A DNA stretch of 64,000 nucleotides from Phycisphaeraceae bacterium (lineage in GTDB: Bacteria; Planctomycetota; Phycisphaerae; Phycisphaerales; Phycisphaeraceae), in contig JAJDCS010000008.1 in NCBI GenBank assembly GCA_029260715.1, forward strand, positions 59,983 to 123,982, in the 5' to 3' direction. Below the pieces are notes generated by a model, which was not told where the DNA came from, ran no database searches, and saw only the letters and a program-made list of their open reading frames with translations. Of this stretch, positions 25,333-34,087 are shown piece by piece. Each line of letters begins with the position of its first letter. The first letter of the stretch is position 1. The translations under genes and the position numbers were made by a program.

Positions 25333-25959
25333 TTGGCGGCCACAATGCCCATTTTATGGCTTTGGATAAACAAGAAAGCAAACGGCAGCGGTAGGGGGGC
25401 GGGGCCCTGGGCGGCCTTGTTCGCGAGCGCGTTGGCAATAGCGTTAACCGCGTGCAATCGCGAAGAGAACCAACCCCCGCCGCCCCAGCAAAGCCAAGCA
25501 TCACCCGCGCCCCAGCTACCCAGGATCGACCTGACCGGCCTACAGGCGCTGATCGACGAAAACGCACAGCAGCGGCGCGTGCTGGTGCTGGACTTCTGGG
25601 CCACATGGTGCAAGCCGTGTGTGGATATGTTCCCCGCCTTACACACGGGGCTTAAAAATTTGGGCGATCGCGTGCGCGTGGTGTCGGTCACGCTCGACGC
25701 CCCGGGGCCACTCGAAGCCAAAGCGGTAAATTTTTTAGAGCGGCACCACGCGACCGAAGACGCCTATCTGCTTATCCCCGAACCGGATGCGAGGCTGGAC
25801 GTAGTGTCGGGCTTGGGACGCCGATGGCAGGACTTGGTCGTTCCGGCTATTTTAATTTACGATGAAGACGGTCGACTCGCCGGGGAACACCTCGGTGAGC
25901 AAACTGGCGGGGTAGAGGCGATCCTAGCCGACGTCAAACGGCTGATCGATGGCGAGTAA
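25333..25959 (+). CDS. TlpA-like thiol:disulfide oxidoreductase lipoprotein (thioredoxin fold)
   Basis: Lipobox-like ALAIALTAC and a CxxC in DFWATWCKPC. Confidence 0.75.
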   Translation: MAATMPILWLWINKKANGSGRGAGPWAALFASALAIALTACNREENQPPPPQQSQASPAPQLPRIDLTGLQALIDENAQQRRVLVLDFWATWCKPCVDMFPALHTGLKNLGDRVRVVSVTLDAPGPLEAKAVNFLERHHATEDAYLLIPEPDARLDVVSGLGRRWQDLVVPAILIYDEDGRLAGEHLGEQTGGVEAILADVKRLIDGE

Positions 25960-25996
25960 TGTGCTTGCTAGAGCTATGAAAGGGTAGCCGCCTAGC

Positions 25997-26707
25997 ATGG
26001 CGATGCGCGAGTCGGTCACGAGCAAGACTTACGACGTATGGGCGTGGTTTTACGACCATACGTTCGGTATGTGCGTGCGCAACCGCCAGCGGCGAGCGGT
26101 GCGCGAGTTGCGTGCCAAGCCGGGCGACCGTGTGCTCGACATCGGCGTGGGCACGGGCATGCTCCTGCACCAATACCCGCACGACGTGACCATTGTGGGC
26201 ATGGACCTAAGCTGGGGGATGCTCGCCAAGGCCGACAAAAAACGCAAAGAACTGGGGCTGGACCACTGCCGGCTGGTGCGTGCCGACGCCATGTGCCCGC
26301 CCTTCGCCCCGGCCAGCTTCGACCAGATCATGATCACCCACACCATCAGCGTGGTGAGCGATCCAAATGAACTCGTCGCCTGGGCGATGAAGCTGCTCAA
26401 GCCCGGCGGGCGGATCATCATGCTCAACCACTTCCTGTCCACGCAGCCGATCGTCGCGTGGTTTGAAAAAGTGCTCAACCCCATGTTTATGAAGATCGGC
26501 TGGCGCAGCGACCTCTCGCTGGAAGATGTCCTGCAGGGGACCGACCTGCAAATCGAATACCGCTTTAAGATCGCCTGGTTCGACCTGTGGCAGATCATCT
26601 CCCTGACGCATTCGGGCTCGAGCCCGCAAACAGCACCCACCACCGCGTACAGCGAGCCACCGCCCATCACCCCCCCAGCCGGCCCGCTCGTCGTGAAGCC
26701 GGGGTAA
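25997..26707 (+). CDS. Class I SAM-dependent methyltransferase (UbiE/PmtA-like)
   Basis: SAM motif I VLDIGVGTGM, a post-I acidic residue (GMDLS) and LKPGGRIIMLNH. Confidence 0.8.
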   Translation: MAMRESVTSKTYDVWAWFYDHTFGMCVRNRQRRAVRELRAKPGDRVLDIGVGTGMLLHQYPHDVTIVGMDLSWGMLAKADKKRKELGLDHCRLVRADAMCPPFAPASFDQIMITHTISVVSDPNELVAWAMKLLKPGGRIIMLNHFLSTQPIVAWFEKVLNPMFMKIGWRSDLSLEDVLQGTDLQIEYRFKIAWFDLWQIISLTHSGSSPQTAPTTAYSEPPPITPPAGPLVVKPG

Positions 26708-26822
26708 CGCCAAGCGACAAGCCGACACCGCTTCGTGCACACAAAGACCGGCTTTGCAAGATCACATTGGCTGGCTTGACGCCAGGGTCTATAATCGCCG
26801 CCTTACACTCAAGCAGGCGATC

Positions 26823-29800
26823 ATGATGAATTATTACAGCCGCCCGAACCGGTGGCTTTATCACACCAAGCAGCAGGGGAGGCTGGTTTTGCCGGGGCGT
26901 CGAAAGCGTTTCGCCGTGACGCTGTTGGCGATTGTGATAGGCGCGGTGGCGGCCGACACAACCGGGCCGACGGCTATTTTCGCATCCGCCCAAGACGCGC
27001 CCGCCGCCACCGACACCCCCAACCCAATAAACGCCCCTAGCCACACCGCTGCGCCGCGATCCACACAGCCACTGGTGGGGCCTGTGGTCCACGCGGACGC
27101 GCTGTTTACCGCCGGGCGCGCGTTCACGTGGCGCGATGGCGAAGCAAGCGTGCTCCTGCTGGAGCGAGACGTTTCAGTGGCGATCGGCGCGTATGGCTTC
27201 CGTGCCCACCGCGCCGTGTTGCGCATCGACGTTGAGCAGCACCCCGCCCACACAATCCGCCATATTTCCGTCTACCTCCACCGCGCCAAACCCCTGCACG
27301 GCCCGGTCCAGGCCGAGGGCGAGGGCTTGCTCGTCACCGTTTCAACACTTGGGCAGCTAGACCTGCAAACCGACCAACTGCGTCGCCTGGCGGGCGCCCC
27401 CGAAGACGCCCTCGTGGCACACGCGACCCAGCGCATCGCCGACCACCTAGCCGCCTTGGCGGTAAAACCGCTGGACGTGCCGCCGGGCGACCCGCAATTG
27501 AACCAGCACATCGAGGCGTTGCGACAAGCACGCAGGCAAGAAATCGAGCAAGACACACAGCGACGCGTCGATGAACGCCTGTCCGCGTTGGAAGCGGGCA
27601 ACCAGCGTCAGGCGGGGGGGCTGGACTCCGGCGGCCCGTCGCGCCCGATCATGCCCAAAGGCGGTTCACTGGGCTTCTACGCGGACAAGATCGTCCTGCG
27701 CGAGGGTCAAAACGAAGGCGACGAAAGCGTGCTGGCGCTGTTGGGCGGTGTGAACGTGGCGTACCAATTCCCCGGCGGGCAGCAGGGGTTGTCCCTGCGC
27801 GCCCAGAACGCGGTGGTGTTGCTGGCGCCCGGGGCGCTTGGGCGTGTCGCGGGGCGCAGCGTCCAGGCCGGCGACGTGCGCGGGGTGTACCTCGAAGACA
27901 ACGTGATCGCCACCGACGGGCAGTACACCGTGCGCGCCCCACGCGTCTACTACGACCTGGAACGCAACAAAGCCGTCCTGCTCGAAGCGGTTTTTTATAC
28001 GTGGGACGTGAACCGGCAGGTGCCGATCTACGTGCGTGCCAAGCAGATCCGCCAAGAGTCGCTGACCAGTTGGTCCGCCAACGGCGCGCTACTGACCACC
28101 AGCGAGTTCGCCAAGCCGCACTTCGCCATCGCGGCTGATCAGGTCACTTTCCGTCAGCAGGCGGGCGCCGGGGGCAAAGCCGATTACCGCTTCGCCGCCG
28201 CGGACGGCACGCTGCAATGGGGCGACGTGCCCGTGTTCTATTGGCCGAAGCTGGCGGGCAACGTGGGCACGATCCAGGACATGGCTGTCCCACGCGTCAA
28301 CGCGGGTTTTAGCAGACAGGACGGGGCCGTGGTGCGCACCACGTGGGACCTTTTCTCCCTGGCCGGGCAGCAGCCGCCAGACGGGGTTAAACTGCTGGGC
28401 AGGGCCGACTACCTGGGCAAACGCGGCCCCGCGCTGGGCATCAACCTCGACTACGACCTGCCTCGCATGTTCGGCCAACTCGACGGGTACACCGTGCTCC
28501 AAGACCACGCCGAAGACGAGATCGGCGAGCGTCAAGAAATCTCCTTCGACGGCGACACACGCGGTTACATGCTGCTGCGCCACCGCCAATACCTCCGCGA
28601 CGAATGGGAGCTGTCGCTTGAGGTGTCCCACGTCTCCGACGAGACATTTTTAGAGGAATATTTCCAAGACCAAGCCGAGCTGAGTAAGCCCTACGAAACA
28701 TCGATCTACTTAAAGAAGCTCGAAGAAGACCGCGCGTTTACCTTCCTGGCCCAAGCGGACACCATGCCCTTCACGCCCCAACTCACCACCCTCCAAGCCC
28801 CTGGGTACACCGTGGAGAAAACGCCCGAACTGGGCTACTACCGGTCGGGCGTGAGCCTGTGGGGCGATCGGCTGACGTATTCCTCGGAGACCAGGCTAAG
28901 CCGCTTGCGCATCAACGCGGGCGAAGACAGCCCGTCCAAACGTGGGTTCACCCCGGAACAGAGCCAGATTTTATTTGGGATACCCGCCACGACCACGTTC
29001 GACGCCGCCCGACGCGCCATGGGCGTGCCCGGGGCGTCCGTCCTGCGCGCCGACACCCGCCACGAAATCCAGTCGCCCCTACAGATGGGCGAGATTAACG
29101 TCGTGCCCTACGCAGCCGGGCGCGTCACCGCGTACGACGACGATTTCAAAGAATTCGCCGGCGAAGACGACAACGTGCGCCTGTGGGGCACGGTGGGCGT
29201 GCGCGCGGCCACGCAATTCAGCAAGGTCTACGACGGCGTGGACAACCGCACGCTGGACATCCACCGCCTGCGGCACATCGTCGAGCCGCGTCTGGACGTG
29301 TTCGGCTCCGTCTCCACGGTCAACCCCGAGGACATCCCCGTGTACGACACGGACGTGGAGTCGCTGCACGAGGGTCTAGGCCTGCGCGTGGGGGCGCACA
29401 ACGTCCTACAGACCCAGCGAGGCGGGCCGGGGCGGTGGCGCAGCGTCGATTGGCTTAGCCTGAGCACCGACCTTGTTTTCCGCAGCGACGACACCGACGT
29501 CACCACCAAGATCGCCCGGTTCTTCAGCTACCGCCCCGAGTACAGCCCGGGCGGGGACCACTTCCATAGCGAGATGATGTGGATGGTCAGCGACGCGTTA
29601 GCCGCCGTCGGCGAAATCGTCTACAGCTTCGAGGACGACCTAGTCCCGCTGTGGCGCGTGGGCCTGAGCCTACAGCAGACGCCTCGCTTAAGTTTCTTCC
29701 TCGACTACTCCGACATAGACGCCCTAACCAGCCGGCTACTCACGTACGGCTTCAACTACGAGCTAACGCGCAAGTATGCCCTGCGCTACCGCCACACGCT

Positions 29801-29993
29801 CGACCTGGGCACGGACGACGGGTCGCGCAGCATCGAAGTCGCCCTGGAACGCAAGCTCCCCCGCTGGCGCATGATCATCCTCGCCCGCCTCGATGAGCTG
29901 GACGACGAAGCGACATTCGGGCTGGTGCTGGTGCCGGATGGGGTGGGCTCGTCGCGGCGGATTCAGCCGGCGGGGACAAGGCAGGAGCGGTAG
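26823..29993 (+). CDS. lptD: LPS-assembly outer-membrane protein LptD (OstA family), long form
   Basis: Signal/TM (FAVTLLAIVIGAVAA) and OstA-like N-terminal segments (VLLLERDVSVAIGAYGFRAHRAVLRID; ALLGGVNVAY). LptD-like TTSEFAKPHFAIAADQVTF and VPVFYWPKL motifs, followed by a long beta-rich C-terminus. The ORF track begins at 26754. Confidence 0.7.
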   Translation: MMNYYSRPNRWLYHTKQQGRLVLPGRRKRFAVTLLAIVIGAVAADTTGPTAIFASAQDAPAATDTPNPINAPSHTAAPRSTQPLVGPVVHADALFTAGRAFTWRDGEASVLLLERDVSVAIGAYGFRAHRAVLRIDVEQHPAHTIRHISVYLHRAKPLHGPVQAEGEGLLVTVSTLGQLDLQTDQLRRLAGAPEDALVAHATQRIADHLAALAVKPLDVPPGDPQLNQHIEALRQARRQEIEQDTQRRVDERLSALEAGNQRQAGGLDSGGPSRPIMPKGGSLGFYADKIVLREGQNEGDESVLALLGGVNVAYQFPGGQQGLSLRAQNAVVLLAPGALGRVAGRSVQAGDVRGVYLEDNVIATDGQYTVRAPRVYYDLERNKAVLLEAVFYTWDVNRQVPIYVRAKQIRQESLTSWSANGALLTTSEFAKPHFAIAADQVTFRQQAGAGGKADYRFAAADGTLQWGDVPVFYWPKLAGNVGTIQDMAVPRVNAGFSRQDGAVVRTTWDLFSLAGQQPPDGVKLLGRADYLGKRGPALGINLDYDLPRMFGQLDGYTVLQDHAEDEIGERQEISFDGDTRGYMLLRHRQYLRDEWELSLEVSHVSDETFLEEYFQDQAELSKPYETSIYLKKLEEDRAFTFLAQADTMPFTPQLTTLQAPGYTVEKTPELGYYRSGVSLWGDRLTYSSETRLSRLRINAGEDSPSKRGFTPEQSQILFGIPATTTFDAARRAMGVPGASVLRADTRHEIQSPLQMGEINVVPYAAGRVTAYDDDFKEFAGEDDNVRLWGTVGVRAATQFSKVYDGVDNRTLDIHRLRHIVEPRLDVFGSVSTVNPEDIPVYDTDVESLHEGLGLRVGAHNVLQTQRGGPGRWRSVDWLSLSTDLVFRSDDTDVTTKIARFFSYRPEYSPGGDHFHSEMMWMVSDALAAVGEIVYSFEDDLVPLWRVGLSLQQTPRLSFFLDYSDIDALTSRLLTYGFNYELTRKYALRYRHTLDLGTDDGSRSIEVALERKLPRWRMIILARLDELDDEATFGLVLVPDGVGSSRRIQPAGTRQER

Positions 29994-30057
29994 GGGGCAA
30001 GCGATTTAATAGACAGGCCCGGCACTCCTGTCGGGCATTACAATGTTTCAGGTCACC

Positions 30058-30282
30058 CTAATTGCTATCGACTATTAGCAAGTAGGGTGGGATAAGCGCA
30101 GCGCATCCCACCATCGGCCTGCTCACTTGAGATCGATCTGGCGGACACGCCGGTCGGCGCTCCATTGGGCGTCGGGAACTCCCTCCTTCACAAACCGGTG
30201 AAACGACGAATACGGCTATTCCTTGGGCGAATCCACGTACCCATGCTTCACCGGGTTGGTACAGGCGGCGATAATGGGGCAT
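30058..30282 (-). pseudogene. Truncated REP-associated tyrosine transposase (RAYT)-like remnant
   Basis: The N-terminus MPHYRRLYQPGEAW resembles the RAYT/YafM-type start (M-x-x-YRR-x-Y-x-x-GG-T-W). The ORF is only 74 aa, lacks the HUH region and runs into a REP copy. It is flanked by inverted REPs. Confidence 0.35.
30083..30117 (+). repeat. REP-like palindromic element, family A, copy 1
   Basis: tagggtgggataagcgcagcgcatcccaccatcgg, with internal hairpin ggtgggat/atcccacc. Confidence 0.6.
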
Positions 30283-30298
30283 CGGCGTAGTGTAAACC

Positions 30299-30333
30299 CC
30301 GATGGCGGGATGCGCTTCGCTTATCCCACCCTG
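30299..30333 (-). repeat. REP-like palindromic element, family A, copy 2 (inverted)
   Basis: The reverse complement reads cagggtgggataagcgaagcgcatcccgccatcgggg. About 3 mismatches to copy 1 over 35 nt. Confidence 0.6.
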
Positions 30334-30341
30334 CTTTCGGG

Positions 30342-30363
30342 CGTCCGCCTAGGGCGGATAAAG
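30342..30363 (+). repeat. REP-like element, family B, copy 1
   Basis: cgtccgcctagggcggataaag (hairpin ccgcc/ggcgg). A near-identical copy lies at 47168-47189. Confidence 0.5.
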
Positions 30364-30382
30364 CCACGCACCTTGTTGGGGT

Positions 30383-30589
30383 TTAGCTCCCGCCCAGCGA
30401 GCGGCTCACGTTTGTGAAGAATCGCTTGACGCGTGAGCGTGTGGCCGCGGAGGCTTGCGCGACGGGGATGACGGGTGCGTAGGTGTATGTCAATTGGGTG
30501 GGAAGAGAGCTTACCTTGGCGGTGCTTGGCATGATGGTTGGTTGATCGGCGAGTCGGCCAATCGGAGGATAAGCGGCTTTTGTTGCCAT
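30383..30589 (-). CDS. Hypothetical small protein (68 aa), uncertain
   Basis: AAGGA lies 6 nt upstream of the ATG on the minus strand. No recognisable motif and low-complexity composition. Confidence 0.2.
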   Translation of the reverse strand: MATKAAYPPIGRLADQPTIMPSTAKVSSLPTQLTYTYAPVIPVAQASAATRSRVKRFFTNVSRSLGGS

Positions 30590-30732
30590 GGCGTGTCCTT
30601 AACAGTGCCCACCGACCAAGCCGGCTGATTGATCTCCGATCGCTTTAGTCGCTGATCGGTGCCCCCGCGAAGTGAATGGCTGCTGCGCCCTGTCGGACGC
30701 AGCGACCTGTTTCGTTGTCTAATCTTTACCGC

Positions 30733-31029
30733 TTAATAGCGGCTTTTACCGCCGCCGTATCCAGCCGAGCTTGGCCGTTGCTCGCGTGGCCTGGCCTCGT
30801 TCACCGTGAGGGTGCGGCCGCTTTCCTCTTTGCCGTTCATCGCGGCAATGGCTGCCTGCGCTTCGTCAGTTGACCCCATCTGCACAAAGCCGAAGCCCTT
30901 GCTGCGCCCGGTGTCCCGGTCGGAGATGACGTCGGCGCTCTCGACGGTGCCGTGTTCGGCGAAGATCCGCTCGAGATCGCTGGAGGAGGTTTCGAAGCTC
31001 AGATTACCAACATACAACTTGCTACCCAT
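30733..31029 (-). CDS. RRM-type RNA-binding protein (98 aa) with a short Gly-rich tail
   Basis: RNP2 LYVGNL and RNP1 KGFGFVQM. Start at the internal ATG 31029; the 227-aa ORF-track version is an upstream read-through. Confidence 0.9.
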   Translation of the reverse strand: MGSKLYVGNLSFETSSSDLERIFAEHGTVESADVISDRDTGRSKGFGFVQMGSTDEAQAAIAAMNGKEESGRTLTVNEARPREQRPSSAGYGGGKSRY

Positions 31030-31494
31030 AATATTTTTTCCTAAATTTGGGCCTAGACTCCTAGCTTTTACTTTCAGGGTCTTATTTGAAAGAGGCCGAC
31101 GTTCCGGCCTAGAAGGTAGGAGGGGCGAGAGAGGCGTTGGGGTGCAAAAATGCACCCAAGATAGCTCGGTCGTCAAACTTACCAGTTGAACTATAGAGGC
31201 GTGAGACGGAGAGTCAAATTTAGTAAACCCAGCCCCAGCAGGACAAGAGAGACGCCGCGACAGCCCCGGTGTTCGGGTGGGCCCGAACCCACAGGCGAAA
31301 AATTGAGTGAACGAGGGGAGGGGGGGCGGCGGCGCTAGCCACAAAACGCTCAAATTTTTAAGAAAAAGAACCTTCTCAATAGTTACTGGCGAGGTTACAA
31401 TGGGCAACGTCGGCATACGCCGGCGCTGACCGGGGCAATGTTGAAATATCGGATTGGGAACTCGCGTGGAGGGCTTGACAACAAGGAGATTTTC

Positions 31495-32640
31495 ATGCGC
31501 GTCAGCCGATTGTCATGGAGCGGTGCGTTGTGCTTGTTCTGGTTGCTGTGCGCGGGGGTGGGGGGGGTAGCCGCCCAAGAGCCGCCTCGGTCGATCTGGC
31601 TGTGGTCGCAGCACGGGTTCCCCATGCTCGATAGCCCGGCGCTTTCCACCGCCTCGCTCAATTTCCTGAAGCAGAAGGACATCCAGACGATCTACCTCTA
31701 CGCGGACCTGGACTCGTTCCACAAGAAGAGCATTATCGCCGACGAGCCGGAGAAGTATCGGTCGTTCATCGCCGGCGCGCACAGCCGGGGGATGAAAGTG
31801 TTCGCGCTGTTCGGCGACGACGGGCGGGACACGGAAGGGTGGATCTTGCCCGAGCGGCAGGGCGAAGCCGTGACCGCGTTCCAGAATATGTTTGATTACA
31901 ACAAGAACTCGCAGCCGAACGAGCGGTTCGACGGGGCGAATATGGACGTTGAGCCGTACCTGCTGGGCGATTGGGACTCGGCGCTGACGGAGCGGGCCCC
32001 GCAATATCTGGACCTGTCCGCCACGTTCATGGCTATGAAGCACCAGTACCTGAACGATATCGGCGAAACGGACGCTTCGCAGTTCCCCGTGGGGCCCGCT
32101 ACGCCGTTTTGGTTCGACAGGACCGACTACCCCGACATCGCCTGGTCTGAGGACTCGGTGTCGCAGCCGGTGTCCAAACGCCTGTACCAGCACGTGCTGG
32201 ACATCTACGACTATATCTCGATTCTGGACTACCGGGATTTCGCGTTGACCCGAGACGACCGCGGCGACGGCGTGGCAGCCGGGCGCACGGACGGGATTAT
32301 CAACTTGGCAGCCAGCGAGTTGTCATACGCGAACACGATCGGCAAGCCTGTGTACATCGGCGTGGAGACGATCCCGATCTCCTTGCCGTACGTCTCGTTT
32401 TACGAGGACGGCCCCGACCGGATGGAAACGGAATTAGCCATTGCGCTAGAAGCATTCCAGCAGAATTGGCCCGACGCGTTCGAGGGTTTCGTGCTGCACG
32501 ACTTCATTTGGTACCAGCGCCTGATCAACGAGGGCCCGTTTATTCATGGGATCCCGGTGCCAGAACCAGCGGCGGGGCTGCTGCTGGCGGGGGCTATCGT
32601 AACGCTGGCTGGCCGTCCGAGACGACCGCGGGGCGACTAA
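31495..32640 (+). CDS. PEP-CTERM-anchored secreted protein with a TIM-barrel glycoside-hydrolase-like pattern
   Basis: AAGGAGA SD and a signal peptide. Alternating beta-strand-like blocks (IWLW, TIYLYA, KVFALFG, ANMDVEP, ISILDY, VYIGVET, GFVLHDF) carry Glu after putative strands 4 and 7. C-terminal VPEPAAGLLLAGAIVTLAGRPRRPRGD. Confidence 0.55.
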   Translation: MRVSRLSWSGALCLFWLLCAGVGGVAAQEPPRSIWLWSQHGFPMLDSPALSTASLNFLKQKDIQTIYLYADLDSFHKKSIIADEPEKYRSFIAGAHSRGMKVFALFGDDGRDTEGWILPERQGEAVTAFQNMFDYNKNSQPNERFDGANMDVEPYLLGDWDSALTERAPQYLDLSATFMAMKHQYLNDIGETDASQFPVGPATPFWFDRTDYPDIAWSEDSVSQPVSKRLYQHVLDIYDYISILDYRDFALTRDDRGDGVAAGRTDGIINLAASELSYANTIGKPVYIGVETIPISLPYVSFYEDGPDRMETELAIALEAFQQNWPDAFEGFVLHDFIWYQRLINEGPFIHGIPVPEPAAGLLLAGAIVTLAGRPRRPRGD

Positions 32641-33801
32641 TTACTTGGGAGATAGCAGGCCTGTGCTGTTTGACACACGCCGGCGAGGTAAGGCCAGCAA
32701 TAGCCCAATTCCCATTACCCCCAAAGTGGTAGGCTCTGGAACCGGGTTGAGGATAAACGCGTGAACATCCCCGTTGAAAATGCCTGAGCCTACTATCTGG
32801 CCGGCGTTGTTGATATCGGTAACTTCTAAAAAAGACCAGCCCAGACCACTGGAATCGATCCGGCTTGTCAGATCAATCCACGGACCTTCAGAATCTCGTA
32901 TGGCAATAGCGCTAGGACCAAAGAGGCTGCCACCGTAACCAACCATGACGTCGGAATCATTAATGGCGAGATGATTCGGTGGCACATTTGACGGCTGAAG
33001 TGTTCCTATGTCGGTCATCCCTTGGCCGGATGAATACACAAAACCAGCACCGGTCGTGCCCGACTTGCCTGGATCATTCAGTGTGCCCACGACCACAGCG
33101 GAATTATTGATCGCGGTTGCTTCGGTGTTGTTCACGGTAGCCGAGGTTACCCCTAGGTCTTGCAAACCGGCACCGTCTTCCCATATGAACGCTCTGCTCG
33201 CTGCGTTCGGGTTCGCGGTGAAGCTATTTCCGGCAACCTGGCTGGCGTCATTAATCGCGGTTGCTTCACTGCTAGCGCTAAATTCCGTCAACACGCCAAG
33301 GTCCATCATCCCTGAGCCAGCTTCCCAAAGGTATGCCCGCCCCATGCTCCCACCAACAACCTGGCCGGCGTTATTGATGTCGTTTGCGGAAGAATGCCCA
33401 GACCCATCGGAAAGGTCACCCAGGTCCATCATGCCTTGTGCTGAGGTCCACAAAAATCCATGATCTGAAGAGGGGCCTTCGGTGGCGACTCCGACGACCT
33501 GTCCAAGGTCGTTAATGGCTCTGGCCATGCTACTGACGCGCCCAGGAAGTAGACCTAAATCGGCCATGCCCGTATCAGCATCCCACATGAAGGCATGAAA
33601 CCGCCCATCAGCGGCAATGCTCGCGCCGACGACTTGGCCGAGGTTATTAATCCCACTTGCTTGACTATGGGAAGAAGCACTAGGCAAACTGCCCAGGTCG
33701 GTCAGCGAATAAGAAGCGGCAACTTCGCACAATGCTTCAGTAGACAATGTAAAGAGACATAGAGTAAAGCATGCCCGAGTTAACAATGCAAGTGGCTTCA
33801 T
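32641..33801 (-). CDS. HAF-repeat extracellular protein with a PEP-CTERM signal
   Basis: Signal peptide. Repeated INN/INDxGQVVG...(H/R)(A/G)F(L/M/I)W units (GRFHAFMW, HGFLW, RAYLW, RAFIW, DVHAFIL). C-terminal VPEPTTLGVMGIGLLLALPRRR. GC about 55% by spot counts. Confidence 0.8.
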   Translation of the reverse strand: MKPLALLTRACFTLCLFTLSTEALCEVAASYSLTDLGSLPSASSHSQASGINNLGQVVGASIAADGRFHAFMWDADTGMADLGLLPGRVSSMARAINDLGQVVGVATEGPSSDHGFLWTSAQGMMDLGDLSDGSGHSSANDINNAGQVVGGSMGRAYLWEAGSGMMDLGVLTEFSASSEATAINDASQVAGNSFTANPNAASRAFIWEDGAGLQDLGVTSATVNNTEATAINNSAVVVGTLNDPGKSGTTGAGFVYSSGQGMTDIGTLQPSNVPPNHLAINDSDVMVGYGGSLFGPSAIAIRDSEGPWIDLTSRIDSSGLGWSFLEVTDINNAGQIVGSGIFNGDVHAFILNPVPEPTTLGVMGIGLLLALPRRRVSNSTGLLSPK

Positions 33802-33839
33802 AACAATCCTTTACTTCAAACAATGAGGCCGTGTGGACG

Positions 33840-33990
33840 AAATTGCACTACAAAAAAACACATAAAATTTTATCACATTTTAGCATATTATCAAAATAAG
33901 CTGATAAAAGAAAGTAAAATTTGTAAAAACATACGGCTGAATCAATATGAATTATAAGGCTCTTATATAAAACAACTTGCAGCCCCCCTT
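33840..33990. promoter_or_regulatory. Strongly AT-rich upstream region of the HAF/PEP-CTERM gene, with a TTATCA-N8-TGATAA palindrome
   Basis: 28 G+C in 120 nt (33841-33960, about 23%) against about 65% in bulk sequence. Palindrome at 33888-33907, with an extra TTATCA at 33870-33875. Confidence 0.4.
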
Positions 33991-34087
33991 TTTTGTCGAG
34001 TTATACATAACGTACATTATAGGACGTTGTGGCCGTCCAAATAGCAGGGCGTTCATGAAGGGCTTTTGTGCCGTTTCCTTTGTCGTT

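Noticed and set aside
30001-30040. Hairpin gcccg...cgggc just after lptD, as a terminator.
   Set aside because: It has only a 5-bp stem with a 10-nt loop and no U-tract. The adjacent REP elements are more likely to define the 3' end.
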